A DNA stretch of 46,299 nucleotides from a virus (lineage: Duplodnaviria; Caudoviricetes). The stretch covers positions 1 to 46,299 of IMG/VR virus record IMGVR_UViG_3300009159_000107; one strand, 5' to 3'. Below the pieces are notes generated by a model that was not told where the DNA came from, ran no database searches, and saw only the letters and a list, made by a program, of their open reading frames with translations. This document shows, in pieces, positions 35,533 through 45,354 of the stretch; position 1 is the stretch's first letter, and each line of letters begins with the position of its first letter. Position numbers and translations under genes: made by a program.

Positions 35533-38039
35533 TGAGTTCTATACAAATCCCAAACCTCCCTGCGGTCATCGGACTGGATGGATCAGAGCTTTTTGAAGGT
35601 GTGCAGGCCGGAAGCTCGGTCAAGATTAGCTTGAACCAGATCATTGCGGCCACGCGGGCGGGCCTGCCCACCACGCTGCCAATCCCAGTTTCCTTGGGCG
35701 GCACTGGCTTGGACACGTTTACTATTGGCGACATCATGTACGCCTCGGCCACGCAAACGTTCTCCAAGCTTGCTGACGTTGCCTTGGGGAATGCGATCAT
35801 CTCTGGTGGGGTCGGCGCTGCGCCATCCTATGGCAAGATCGGCCTGACCACGCACGTTTCGGGGGTACTCCCCGTAGCTAATGGTGGAACTGGCGTCACG
35901 ACATCGACTGGCACGGGTTCTGTTGTTTTGTCTGACAGCCCCGCCTTTACAGGCCAAGCATCCTTTGCAGACGGCACTGCCGCAGCACCCTCAATTGCCC
36001 ACACTGGCGACCTTAACGCGGGCATATTCTTCCCAGCTGCGGATACAGTGGCTGTGGCTACGGCTGGCGCTGAACGTGTACGCGTAACCTCTGCTGGTTT
36101 TTTTGGTATTGGTGGTACACCATCAGCCTTGCTGTCGGTTGATGGTGGGACGTACAATCAAACAAACTACGCCTCATCAGTTTTAATAAAGCTGCAATAC
36201 GCAGAAGGCACAAAAGCTGCCCCGACTGCGGTTTCTACACAATCCATAACTGGTATTGTTGCTGGCTCTGGAAGAGATGAACTTGGAGCTTACCGTAACA
36301 CGGCGCAAGTGCTTTTCTATTCAGACGGTGCTGTCAGCTCAACCTCTTCGCCGGGTTTCCTCCTGTTTACTACTACGCCAACGGGTACCGTAACCGCAGT
36401 GGAACGCTTCCGCATTGCTTCCGCAGGTCAGTTTGGCATCGGCGGCGCAAACTACGGTACGTCCGGCCAGACCATCATCTCGGCTGGCTCGGCGGCTGCA
36501 CCCGCGTGGGGCGCTGTTGGCGCGGCTGGTGGTGGCACTGGGATAACGTCCTACACCATCGGGGACATCGTCTACGCCTCCGGCACCACAACCCTGTCCA
36601 AGCTTGCTGACGTAGCCACAGGCAACGCTCTGATCTCTGGCGGGGTCGGTGCGGCCCCATCTTACGGCAAGATTGGGTTGACCACCCACGTTTCCGGCAC
36701 CCTGCCGCTGGCCAACGGCGGAACAGGGGCAACCAGCGCCCCTGCGGCTGCTGCGGCCTTGCTGGGCTTCACGTCCACGGCCACGGCCACTGGCACGACC
36801 GTCCTGACCAACGCCAGCAGCCAGTACCAACTGTTCACGGGGACACTGGGGCAGACCATCACACTGCCCGTTACGTCAACACTGGGGACTGGCTGGACGT
36901 TCCACATTGTCAACAACTCCACGGGTAGCTTGACGATCAACTCTTCCGGCGGCAACCTTGTCTGCACGGTGATTCCGCAGATGACCACAATGGTCACTTG
37001 TATTGGCACCGCGCTGACCACTGCCGCAGACTGGGAATTTGGCTTCACAGACTTCGGTTCAGTCACTGGCACTGGCGCTGTGGTTCTTGCCACCGCGCCC
37101 ACCATTGCCACCCCAATCATCACGGGCAACATCGGCGCGGGCAGCGCATCCTACGGTACGTCAGGGCAGGTGCTGGCCTCTGGCGGGACGGGGTCCAACA
37201 CCTCTTGGACCGATATGCTTCCTAGCCGTTCAATCTTCACGTCTTCCGGTACATGGACCAAGCCCGCAGGTGCGCGTCTTGTCCTCGTTCGTGTCTGGGG
37301 TGCAGGTGGCGGCGGTGCAGGCGGAAACGTTCTTGGTGCGAGCGTTGTAAAATACGGTGGTTCTGGTGGCGGCGGTGGCGCTTATTTTGAAAAATACTTC
37401 TATCCAACCGCTTTAACTGCAACGGTCACTGTAACGGTTGGTCTATCCGGGACAAGCGGCGCATCTAATACCGCTGGCGGTGCTGGTGGGTCATCTTCAT
37501 TTGGGGGGTATATCACTTGCGCTGGCGGTGGCGCTGGCACTATCAGTGCATCCGCAGCCCCTGCTGGCGGAGACGTACAAGCTGCGGGTACAGGGGCTAT
37601 TAGCACCACTGTTCCAACTCTTACTAGTGGCACAACGAACGGCGGGGCTGGATATTATGGCGGTGGCGGCGCTACATATGGAAGCCAAGGCGTAGCTGGT
37701 GGCGCATCTCAATTTGGCGGCGGCGGCGGCGGCGCGGGCGGCAGTGAAACCGTTGGTAACGTCTTGGTTGCGCCATACGCTGGCGGCGCATCCAATTCCA
37801 ACGTGGGTGGTCTTGCAGGCACCTCGGTCGCGGGCGCACCCACGGCTGGTGGCGCTGGCTTGTTCCCCGGCTCTGGCGGTGGCGGCGGTGGCTCTGCAAC
37901 AACAGTAGCTGGCGCGGCTGGCGGTGCTGGTGGCTTCCCCGGGGGCGGGGGCGGTGGTGGTGGATCAACACGCACAACTTTCTTAGGTGGTGCTGGCGGC
38001 GCAGGTGGCGCAGGATATGTGGAGGTCTACACATGGTAA
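35532..38039 (+). CDS. Tail fibre/receptor-binding protein with internal repeats and glycine-rich C-terminal domain
   Basis: LPVANGGTG repeats, DGTAAAPSI, ERFRI, FTSSGTWTKP..VRVWGAGGGG...GAGYVEVYTW. Confidence 0.75.
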   Translation: MSSIQIPNLPAVIGLDGSELFEGVQAGSSVKISLNQIIAATRAGLPTTLPIPVSLGGTGLDTFTIGDIMYASATQTFSKLADVALGNAIISGGVGAAPSYGKIGLTTHVSGVLPVANGGTGVTTSTGTGSVVLSDSPAFTGQASFADGTAAAPSIAHTGDLNAGIFFPAADTVAVATAGAERVRVTSAGFFGIGGTPSALLSVDGGTYNQTNYASSVLIKLQYAEGTKAAPTAVSTQSITGIVAGSGRDELGAYRNTAQVLFYSDGAVSSTSSPGFLLFTTTPTGTVTAVERFRIASAGQFGIGGANYGTSGQTIISAGSAAAPAWGAVGAAGGGTGITSYTIGDIVYASGTTTLSKLADVATGNALISGGVGAAPSYGKIGLTTHVSGTLPLANGGTGATSAPAAAAALLGFTSTATATGTTVLTNASSQYQLFTGTLGQTITLPVTSTLGTGWTFHIVNNSTGSLTINSSGGNLVCTVIPQMTTMVTCIGTALTTAADWEFGFTDFGSVTGTGAVVLATAPTIATPIITGNIGAGSASYGTSGQVLASGGTGSNTSWTDMLPSRSIFTSSGTWTKPAGARLVLVRVWGAGGGGAGGNVLGASVVKYGGSGGGGGAYFEKYFYPTALTATVTVTVGLSGTSGASNTAGGAGGSSSFGGYITCAGGGAGTISASAAPAGGDVQAAGTGAISTTVPTLTSGTTNGGAGYYGGGGATYGSQGVAGGASQFGGGGGGAGGSETVGNVLVAPYAGGASNSNVGGLAGTSVAGAPTAGGAGLFPGSGGGGGGSATTVAGAAGGAGGFPGGGGGGGGSTRTTFLGGAGGAGGAGYVEVYTW
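35697..36735 (+). repeat. Internal ~200-nt direct repeat in tail fibre (35697-35900 and 36531-36735)
   Basis: Both encode TIGDI.YAS.T.T.SKLADVA.GNA.ISGGVGAAPSYGKIGLTTHVSG.LP.ANGGTG. Confidence 0.85.
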
Positions 38040-38353
38040 GCGGTTACGCAGTTATTGAAAATGGCGTGGTCAAGAACACGGCCCTTGCCGATGAAGACTT
38101 TGCCGCAGAGCAAGGCTGGGTTCTGCTGACCGAAGGTGCAACCATTGGATGGCTGTATGCGGATGGCGTCTTCTCGCCCCCGCCTCCTCCTGCGCCCCCG
38201 TCACAGGAAGAACAGGAAGCCAAGCGGGCCGAAGCTTACCGCATTGAAGCCGACCCCGTCTTCTTCTATTGGCAGCGCGGCAAGGCAACACAACAAGATT
38301 GGCTGGACAAGATCGCTGAGATCGAAGCCCGCTTCCCATACCCAGAGGGCTAA
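38033..38353 (+). CDS. Tail fibre-associated (assembly/chaperone-like) protein
   Basis: YAVIENGVV.N, IGWLY.DG.F.PP, RAEAYR.EADP..F, IEARFPYP. Confidence 0.65.
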   Translation: MVSGYAVIENGVVKNTALADEDFAAEQGWVLLTEGATIGWLYADGVFSPPPPPAPPSQEEQEAKRAEAYRIEADPVFFYWQRGKATQQDWLDKIAEIEARFPYPEG

Positions 38354-38356
38354 GAC

Positions 38357-38599
38357 ATGCCAACCGACATGATTTGGAACGCGATCCTGACCGTTGGCCT
38401 CAGCGTGGTTGGGGGAATCCTGCGCTACGCCTTTGCTGAAATGCAGCGTCTGCAAATCTTGTTAAACCGTACGCGGGAAGAGATGGCTAAAGAATATGTC
38501 ACAAAAACAGAGGTCCATGCGGACATTAACCGTGTTATTATCCGCATAGACAATCTTGATGCCAAGATTGAACGCTTGCTGGAAAGGCTCATCAAATGA
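38357..38599 (+). CDS. Membrane-anchored coiled-coil protein (lysis cassette)
   Basis: N-terminal TM segment, coiled-coil C-terminus. Confidence 0.6.
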   Translation: MPTDMIWNAILTVGLSVVGGILRYAFAEMQRLQILLNRTREEMAKEYVTKTEVHADINRVIIRIDNLDAKIERLLERLIK

Positions 38600-38790
38600 A
38601 AGAAACACTTCTTTGGGTTTTGTTTGCCGCAGCTTTAGTGGGCATCCTTGTCATGTCCAAAGATGGGTTCTACCGTTATCCATGCCAAGACCCGAAAAAC
38701 TGGTCAACGCAGCAATGCCAACCGCCCGTCTGCACAGCCACAAATTCCTGCCCCAAAGAGCTAATGGGAGATCGAAATGGCAAAAGGTGA
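38596..38790 (+). CDS. Small secreted/membrane Cys-rich protein
   Basis: Signal-like N-terminus; YRYPCQDP.NW...C.PP.C.....C. Confidence 0.6.
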   Translation: MKETLLWVLFAAALVGILVMSKDGFYRYPCQDPKNWSTQQCQPPVCTATNSCPKELMGDRNGKR

Positions 38791-39040
38791 CGCCGCCTTT
38801 TTGGAAGCAAAACTGCGATATTTCATTGGGATATCCCTGACCTTCATTCTTGGTGGGACGATCTTCACCATTCTCTATTCTCTGGTTTTCGTGACCCAGC
38901 CTATGGGCGAAAGCTCTGAAAATGACCGCAAGTTTTTTGAACTACTGACCCCCATTGCGTCCTTCATTGTCGGGGCCTTGGGCGGCGTTCTTGCGGCAAG
39001 CAACAACAAAACCCAGAAGGAAGAGGAGAAGATAGAATGA
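38777..39040 (+). CDS. Two-TM membrane protein, holin candidate
   Basis: Two TM helices, charged C-terminus, upstream of endolysin. Confidence 0.55.
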   Translation: MAKGDAAFLEAKLRYFIGISLTFILGGTIFTILYSLVFVTQPMGESSENDRKFFELLTPIASFIVGALGGVLAASNNKTQKEEEKIE

Positions 39041-39264
39041 TTGGTCGTTTGGTAGGTGCGCTGATCGGGCGCAAGGTCAAGGAAAAGATGGCCGATGCGG
39101 TGCTGGACAAGGTCGATCTGCCACCCGCAGTGGAGGGCCTGATCAAGACCGCTGTCACGGGCAACGCAGGTGACATGCTTGCCAATCTCACTGGCAAGGC
39201 TGGGGCGGACAAGAACTCTATCCTTGGCGCGTTGGCAAAAGGCGTCGGAAAGAAGAAGACATGA
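39037..39264 (+). CDS. Hypothetical protein
   Basis: ATGA coupling. Confidence 0.55.
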   Translation: MIGRLVGALIGRKVKEKMADAVLDKVDLPPAVEGLIKTAVTGNAGDMLANLTGKAGADKNSILGALAKGVGKKKT

Positions 39265-40085
39265 ACAAGGACCAGATCGTCCACATCTTGCATGGTAATG
39301 CTGATGCTGCGGCGTGGGCCGATGCGGCAATGGAAATCTTGCCCAAGTACGAGATCAACACACCCAACCGTATTGCGGGTTTCTTCGCCCAGTGCGGCCA
39401 TGAGAGCATGAACTTCACGGTCCTGTCAGAAAACCTGAACTACCGCGCCGAAACACTGGAAAAGCTTTTCAGCAAGTATTTTTCCAAGTCTGGACGCAAC
39501 GCTGCGGACTATGCCAAGCAGCCTGAAAAGATCGCCAACGTGATCTACGGGGGCCGTATGCGAAATACAGAAGAAGGTGATGGCTGGCGCTTCCGTGGGC
39601 GCGGGGTGATCCAGTTAACTGGGCGCGACAACTACACAGCTTTCGGCCTGTCTGTTGATATGACGCCGGAACAGGTGATCGACTACGTCCAAACCAAGAA
39701 GGGGGCGTTGGAAAGCGCCTGTTGGTACTGGAACAGCCGCAAGATCAACATTGCCTGCGACGAGGGCGACATTGTCAAGATGACCAAGCTGGTTAACGGT
39801 GGCACCATTGGCCTTGAGGATCGGCGCAAACACTATGAGGCGGCACTGGCCGTTCTGGGTGGCGCAGTTCCGGCCCCGATTGCCAACGCTGCGGCCATAC
39901 CGGGCGTCCTCAAAAAGGGTTCCACGGGCGAAAACGTCAAGCGGATGCAAGCTGAACTGGGTCTTGAACCCGATGGCGTGTTTGGATCAGGTACGGAAGC
40001 TGCGGTCAAAAAGTGGCAGGCCGCCAATGGTCTAGCTGCTGATGGCATCGTCGGACCTAAGACATTGGCTAAACTGCTTGAATGA
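39261..40085 (+). CDS. Endolysin: GH19 chitinase-like domain plus C-terminal peptidoglycan-binding domain
   Basis: FFAQCGHES, ENLNY, FRGRGVIQLTGRDNY, TKLVNGG..GLEDR; LKKGSTG..V...Q..LG...DG.FG..T..AV..WQ...GL.ADGIVGPKT. Confidence 0.92.
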   Translation: MNKDQIVHILHGNADAAAWADAAMEILPKYEINTPNRIAGFFAQCGHESMNFTVLSENLNYRAETLEKLFSKYFSKSGRNAADYAKQPEKIANVIYGGRMRNTEEGDGWRFRGRGVIQLTGRDNYTAFGLSVDMTPEQVIDYVQTKKGALESACWYWNSRKINIACDEGDIVKMTKLVNGGTIGLEDRRKHYEAALAVLGGAVPAPIANAAAIPGVLKKGSTGENVKRMQAELGLEPDGVFGSGTEAAVKKWQAANGLAADGIVGPKTLAKLLE

Positions 40086-40117
40086 TGTAAGGTCATCGCA
40101 GACACAGGGGTGACGGC

Positions 40118-40858
40118 ATGGCTGGCTTAACTTACACCACATACAAGACCCAGATCGCCCAGATGGCGGTCGTGGCGGAGGATGACCCAAACTTCTTGGC
40201 AATCTTGCCAATGATGATTGACTACACCAACCTTCGCATTTGCCGCGATCTGGACCTAATGTTTACATCGGTGTCGCTGTATGGGGCGTCTTACAAGCTG
40301 ACGGCTGCCAACCGCAACCTATCGTTTTCGCAAGACTTGGGCAGCGGCACATCGTTTGTGGTCAGCGAACAGATCAACCTGATCACCCCCGCTGGTCAAA
40401 CCAACCCTAACACCGCGACCCGCACCCCGCTGATGCCGACCACCAAAGAATTTTTGGATGCGGTCTATGGTTCGTCCCTGTCCGCCAACCTTGGTGTGCC
40501 GAAGTATTTTGTGCCGTTTAACGAAACGTTGTTCTTTGTCGGACCAGTGCCAAACGCAGACTATTACGTTGAGGTGGTCGGCACGATCCGCCCCGCGCCG
40601 CTGTCTGCCGCTGTCCCCACCACCTTCATCAGCCAGTATCTGTCCGACCTTCTGGTGATGGCGTCGATGATCTACATCTCGGCCTACCAGCGGAACTTTG
40701 GCAAGGAGAGCGACGATCCGCAGATGGCGCAGAGCTACGAGAACCAGTACCAGTTGCTGTTGAAGTCGGCTGTGGTGGAAGAGGCCCGCAAGAAGTTTGA
40801 CGCCGCAGGCTGGTCGTCGCAATCTCCGGCAACCGTTGCCACCCCAACGCGAGGCTAA
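40118..40858 (+). CDS. Putative tail adaptor (P22 gp4/tail tubular A-like position)
   Basis: RICRDLD, G.PKYF, VGPVP...Y.VE, DLLVMASM; precedes gp10-like gene. Confidence 0.6.
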   Translation: MAGLTYTTYKTQIAQMAVVAEDDPNFLAILPMMIDYTNLRICRDLDLMFTSVSLYGASYKLTAANRNLSFSQDLGSGTSFVVSEQINLITPAGQTNPNTATRTPLMPTTKEFLDAVYGSSLSANLGVPKYFVPFNETLFFVGPVPNADYYVEVVGTIRPAPLSAAVPTTFISQYLSDLLVMASMIYISAYQRNFGKESDDPQMAQSYENQYQLLLKSAVVEEARKKFDAAGWSSQSPATVATPTRG

Positions 40859-40861
40859 TTT

Positions 40862-43378
40862 ATGCCACACGCCAGCCTGAAGCTTATCCCCGGCGTTGAT
40901 CAGAACCGCACTCCGGCCCTGAACGAGGCCGCTATTTCGTCAAGCAACCTGATCCGCTTTGTGCCGGATCGGCAGGGCGTGGGCTTGCCGCAGAAACTTG
41001 GCGGCTGGACAAAATTCATCCAGACCACACAGTGGGACACCGTTCGGGCGCTCCACGCATGGTCTGACACAAACACACACAAATACTTGGGCATTGGCGC
41101 GGACACATCCCTGTACACCAGCGAAAGCGGCGGCACTGGCATCAACATCTCGCCGCAATACTACACCGCCAACATAACAACCGACTTCACCACCGTCAGC
41201 GGGAGTTCAAATGTTACTGTCACCGACACGGCGTCTAACGTTTCTTCGTACGATTCAATTTACCTCCAAACGCAAGTTAGCGTGGGGGGGATCGTCCTGT
41301 CAGGCTTCTATCCATGCACACAAGCTGGCGCAAACAGCTACATCATAACCGCAAAAAACGTCATCGGGATACTGACCCCTGCCACGGCGACTGTTAACAA
41401 CGGCGGCGCGGTTCCATCGTTTAAGACCACCATCAGCCCGTCAACACCCACCGTCACGGTCACGCTGGCTGACCACGGCTACACCGCTGGGTCCACATTC
41501 CCAATCTTGGTGGCAACGGACATTGGCGGCATTTCCCTTTATGGAAACTATATTGTGACCTCGGTGCTAAGTAGCAGCACCTTTACAATCGCCGCATCAA
41601 GCGCACCGCAAAACATTCTTAGCGGGATCATCTCCGCAAGCTGGCTGGCTGGAACGGCCACGATCATTATGAGCAATCTTGCAATTGTCCCCATTGGAAC
41701 TTCGGTTGTGGTCGCGGGCATGACCCCCTCCGGCTACAACGGCACATACACCGTCACGGCATCATCCGCCGGATCGTTGAGCTATGCCAAGGCAGCCGAC
41801 CCCGGCGTTGGAACCGTCTTCGGCACAGTAACCGCCGCCGCCGTTACTTACCAAATGAACGGCGGCAAGACGCGGATCAACTATTACATTGGGCAACAGG
41901 CAACCACACCGCCCGTGGGTTACGGCGCTGGCGGCTATGGTTCGGGCGGCTACGGCACTGGTGTTGTGTTCAGCGGCACGGGCAGAGTCTACACGGGGGC
42001 CAGCATTGTCGGGAACGGCACCACGGCTACCGTGACCCTGTCAACCAGCGTCTACGTTACACCCAGAACCACACTTGCCATAAGCGGATCAACAAACTTT
42101 GATGGCAACTACACGGTCCTCAGTGCCACCGCTGGGGTATCAACCAGCACCTTTGTCATATCATCCTCTGCCGCCTTCACCAACACTGGGGCAACTGTCT
42201 CCATAACGGCGTGGGGCTTTGAAATGCCCACGCTGACAGAACCAGATTGGTCGCTGGACAACTGGGGCGAATACCTGATCGCGTCCCCCCACGCTGGCGA
42301 GATTTTCTACTGGAACCCGTCTGACACAACGGGACACGCAATCGTTGTCCCCAACGCCCCGCTGATCAACGAGGGCTGCTTTGTGGCTATGCCAGAGCGC
42401 CAGATCATCGCCTACGGGTCCACGTTCACGGGCTTCCAAGACCCGCTGCTTGTGCGGTGGTGCGATGTTGGCAACTTCTCTAACTGGGTCGGCACCGTCA
42501 CCAACCAAGCCGGATCGTACCGCATCCCCAAGGGGTCCAAGGTCGTGGGCGCGATGCAAGGTCCGCAACAGGGCCTGCTGTGGACCGACCTTTCTTTGTG
42601 GTCGATGCAATACATCAACCTGCCTTTGGTCTATTCCTTTAACGAGGTGGCATCGGGCTGCGGCTTGGTGGGGCGTAAGGCTATGGGTACGCTGGCTGGC
42701 ACCGTCTACTGGATGAGCCAGAGCCAGTTTTTCAAGCTGTCCGGCAACGGCGTTGAACCTGTGCAATGCCCGATCTGGGACGTGATTTTCCAAGACATTG
42801 ACACAGACTATTGGGAAAACGTACGATGCGCCCCCAATTCCCGTTTTGGGGAAATCACATGGTATTACCCCGTCATGGGGTCGGGTGGCATCCCGACCAA
42901 GTACGCCAAGTATAACGCTTTGCTGAACCAGTGGGATTTTGGCACCATGACCCGCACGGCGTGGATTGACCAAGGCGTGAACGGCCCGCCAATTGGCGCT
43001 GGTGGCGATTACATCATCTACCAGCACGAAACCTCCGAAAACGCCGATGGCGTTGCGATGAACTCTTGGTTTCAGACGGGTTACTTTGCCGTTCAGGAAG
43101 GCGAACTGAAGACCTTCTTGGATCAGGTGTGGCCCGACATGAAGTGGGGCTTCTATGATGGAACCCAAGGCGCTGATGTCACGATCACCTTCTACACGGC
43201 AGATTACCCGGGCGACACGCCAAGCACATATTCCTTCAATCTTACGCAAGCCACCCAGTTCGTGACCCCACGGTTTCGCGCAAGGCTTGTGGCAATCAGG
43301 ATTGAAAGCAACGACCTAGATTCCTTCTGGCGTCTTGGGAACATCCGATACCGCTACCAACCCGATGGGAAATTCTGA
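40862..43378 (+). CDS. P22 gp10/tail tubular B-like tail hub protein with inserted Thr/Ser-rich beta domains
   Basis: PQKLGGW, WSLDNWGEYLIA, DPLLVRWCD, NQAGSYR, VYWMS, FGEITWYYP, RTAWID, WRLG..RY..QPDG. Confidence 0.7.
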   Translation: MPHASLKLIPGVDQNRTPALNEAAISSSNLIRFVPDRQGVGLPQKLGGWTKFIQTTQWDTVRALHAWSDTNTHKYLGIGADTSLYTSESGGTGINISPQYYTANITTDFTTVSGSSNVTVTDTASNVSSYDSIYLQTQVSVGGIVLSGFYPCTQAGANSYIITAKNVIGILTPATATVNNGGAVPSFKTTISPSTPTVTVTLADHGYTAGSTFPILVATDIGGISLYGNYIVTSVLSSSTFTIAASSAPQNILSGIISASWLAGTATIIMSNLAIVPIGTSVVVAGMTPSGYNGTYTVTASSAGSLSYAKAADPGVGTVFGTVTAAAVTYQMNGGKTRINYYIGQQATTPPVGYGAGGYGSGGYGTGVVFSGTGRVYTGASIVGNGTTATVTLSTSVYVTPRTTLAISGSTNFDGNYTVLSATAGVSTSTFVISSSAAFTNTGATVSITAWGFEMPTLTEPDWSLDNWGEYLIASPHAGEIFYWNPSDTTGHAIVVPNAPLINEGCFVAMPERQIIAYGSTFTGFQDPLLVRWCDVGNFSNWVGTVTNQAGSYRIPKGSKVVGAMQGPQQGLLWTDLSLWSMQYINLPLVYSFNEVASGCGLVGRKAMGTLAGTVYWMSQSQFFKLSGNGVEPVQCPIWDVIFQDIDTDYWENVRCAPNSRFGEITWYYPVMGSGGIPTKYAKYNALLNQWDFGTMTRTAWIDQGVNGPPIGAGGDYIIYQHETSENADGVAMNSWFQTGYFAVQEGELKTFLDQVWPDMKWGFYDGTQGADVTITFYTADYPGDTPSTYSFNLTQATQFVTPRFRARLVAIRIESNDLDSFWRLGNIRYRYQPDGKF

Positions 43379-43719
43379 TGTCATCGCTCTCAGACATTCT
43401 TACCGCCGCCAAGAACATTGCCACCGCCATCAACGGCGTGGGGCAGACATACCTTCAGGTTCAAGGCATTTTGGTTTCAAACAACATATCGGCGGCCACG
43501 CTTGTCTCCACAGGGCAGGGCCGCTTGGCGTCAATTGCAGTGCTTACCGCAGGGTCGGCGGTTGGCTCCGCGTACGATGCAACGCTGTCCAGCGCCACAA
43601 CAGGCAAGATCGTCACCATCCCAAACACGGTTGGCGTTATTGTTGTCAATATTCCCACCAACAATGGTATTGTGATCGCACCCGGTACGGGTCAGGTCGT
43701 TACCGTCAGCTACTCGTGA
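43378..43719 (+). CDS. Hypothetical virion protein
   Basis: TGATG coupling; beta-rich. Confidence 0.65.
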   Translation: MSSLSDILTAAKNIATAINGVGQTYLQVQGILVSNNISAATLVSTGQGRLASIAVLTAGSAVGSAYDATLSSATTGKIVTIPNTVGVIVVNIPTNNGIVIAPGTGQVVTVSYS

Positions 43720-43726
43720 GGTTGCA

Positions 43727-44860
43727 ATGCCGTTGAAAAAAGGTTCGTCCCAACAAACTATCTCCGACAACATCTCTGAGATGGTTGCCGCCGGACACCC
43801 CCAAAAGCAGGCCGTGGCGGCAGCACTTCGCACTGCCCGCGCCCGTGGGGGCAAAGTCCACAAGGGTGCCATCCACAGCTCTGTGGCGGGCCGCACGGAC
43901 CACCTACCAATGCACGTTGCCTCCGGCTCCTACGTCATCCCCGCCGACATCATCTCGGCCATGGGCGAAGGCAACAGCATGGCGGGCTTCAAGATCGCCA
44001 AGGACATCTTTAGCGTCAAAAACATCACCAAGGGTACGCCGTACGGCGAAAAGGGTCTGCCCTACAGCGTGTCCATGCCTCATAAGGCTGGTGGTGGCGG
44101 CGCTGACATGGGGAGCAAAGGTATTTCTCGCCCTGATAGTGGTGGGGCTAATGCTGCACCCGCCCGTTCTGCCCCTGCCCCTGCCGCCGCACCCGCTGCA
44201 CCCGCAGGAAACGGACGCAGTGACAGGTACAACGCCAACCAAGCGGCATCGGCGCGTTATGCCCAGATTGACAACCAGCGTTATGGCGATGCGATCCCAG
44301 CCAACTTGCAATCCTATCTGCCGGGCGGGTCCAATGCCCAGTACGGGCAGCAAAACAAGCCAGCGGCAAATGCTTCGGGCTATACTGGCCTGTGGGATCG
44401 GGTTAATGGCGGCGGCCCCGGCGCTGGACTATTTAGTGGCAATAGGTCTTCTGGTGTCAGCCCAGCACCCGCCGCTGGCACTGCCGCAGCACCAGAAGGC
44501 ACCAAGCCAAACTGGCTGAATAGAAACGCTGGGTTGGTTGGCGCTGGTTTGGGAATTATTACGGGTCTTGGTCCTATTGCTGGCGCTACGGTTGGCAACA
44601 TTTTCAAGAAAGATGATCAAGGCCAAAGCAAGTTCAACAATTTCACCAGCAATCTTCTTGGAAAAGCCGACGGTGGCGCGACCGATGGGGTGCCAATTGT
44701 GGCCGCTGGCGGGGAGTATGTTATTCCGCCGGAAGATGTTGTACATATCGGTGGTGGCGACTTGGACCACGGACACAAGGTCTTGGATGCTTTCGTGAAA
44801 AAGATGCGTCAGAAAACCATCAAAACACTGCAAAGCTTGCCGGGTCCGAAAAAGGATTAA
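43727..44860 (+). CDS. Protein with N-terminal MPLKKG..QAVAAAL module and two copies of a D-x-P..G-[SE]-YVIP domain, each preceded by a GG motif
   Basis: RARGGKV..RTDHLPMHVASGSYVIPADII; KADGGATDGVPIVAAGGEYVIPPEDVV. Confidence 0.65.
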   Translation: MPLKKGSSQQTISDNISEMVAAGHPQKQAVAAALRTARARGGKVHKGAIHSSVAGRTDHLPMHVASGSYVIPADIISAMGEGNSMAGFKIAKDIFSVKNITKGTPYGEKGLPYSVSMPHKAGGGGADMGSKGISRPDSGGANAAPARSAPAPAAAPAAPAGNGRSDRYNANQAASARYAQIDNQRYGDAIPANLQSYLPGGSNAQYGQQNKPAANASGYTGLWDRVNGGGPGAGLFSGNRSSGVSPAPAAGTAAAPEGTKPNWLNRNAGLVGAGLGIITGLGPIAGATVGNIFKKDDQGQSKFNNFTSNLLGKADGGATDGVPIVAAGGEYVIPPEDVVHIGGGDLDHGHKVLDAFVKKMRQKTIKTLQSLPGPKKD

Positions 44861-44866
44861 GCATAC

Positions 44867-45349
44867 ATGACCGAAATCTACGTCCGCGAGGGGATTGCTG
44901 AAGACTTCAACGAGGTGATGCGTATGTCCATCGACGCCACCCGCGAAAACGCCTTCGTGGAGCCGGACATTCCGATGTTGCAGAACCACATATATGCGGC
45001 GCTTACCAAGCAGATGGGATTGGTTGGTGTCATCGGCGGCGATGCGGGTGAACCACTGGAGGCCATGATTATCCTGCGGATCGGGTCCATGTGGTACAGC
45101 CACGAGAACATCTTGGACGAGAAGGCAATCTATGTCGCACCAGAGTTTCGGTCGGCAAAAGGCGGTCGCGCCCGCAAGCTTGCGGAGTGGGCAAAGACCG
45201 TTTCAGAAAAACTTGGTATTCCTCTGGCGATTGGGGTATTGTCGAACACAAGGACTGAGGCAAAAATCCGCCTCTACGAACGTGTGTTCGGTGCCCCCGC
45301 TGGTGTGTACTTCCTGTATAACGCCAAAACGGGCCTGACTGAAGGATAA
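44867..45349 (+). CDS. GNAT-fold acetyltransferase-like protein
   Basis: IYVAPEFRSAKGGRARKL, KIRLYER; position before ejection protein. Confidence 0.65.
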   Translation: MTEIYVREGIAEDFNEVMRMSIDATRENAFVEPDIPMLQNHIYAALTKQMGLVGVIGGDAGEPLEAMIILRIGSMWYSHENILDEKAIYVAPEFRSAKGGRARKLAEWAKTVSEKLGIPLAIGVLSNTRTEAKIRLYERVFGAPAGVYFLYNAKTGLTEG

Positions 45350-45354
45350 ACGGA

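Noticed and set aside
35697-36735. Tail-fibre direct repeat as a DGR template/variable repeat pair
   Set aside because: No reverse transcriptase in the window. Both copies are in-frame in one gene and differ mostly at synonymous positions, not specifically at adenines.
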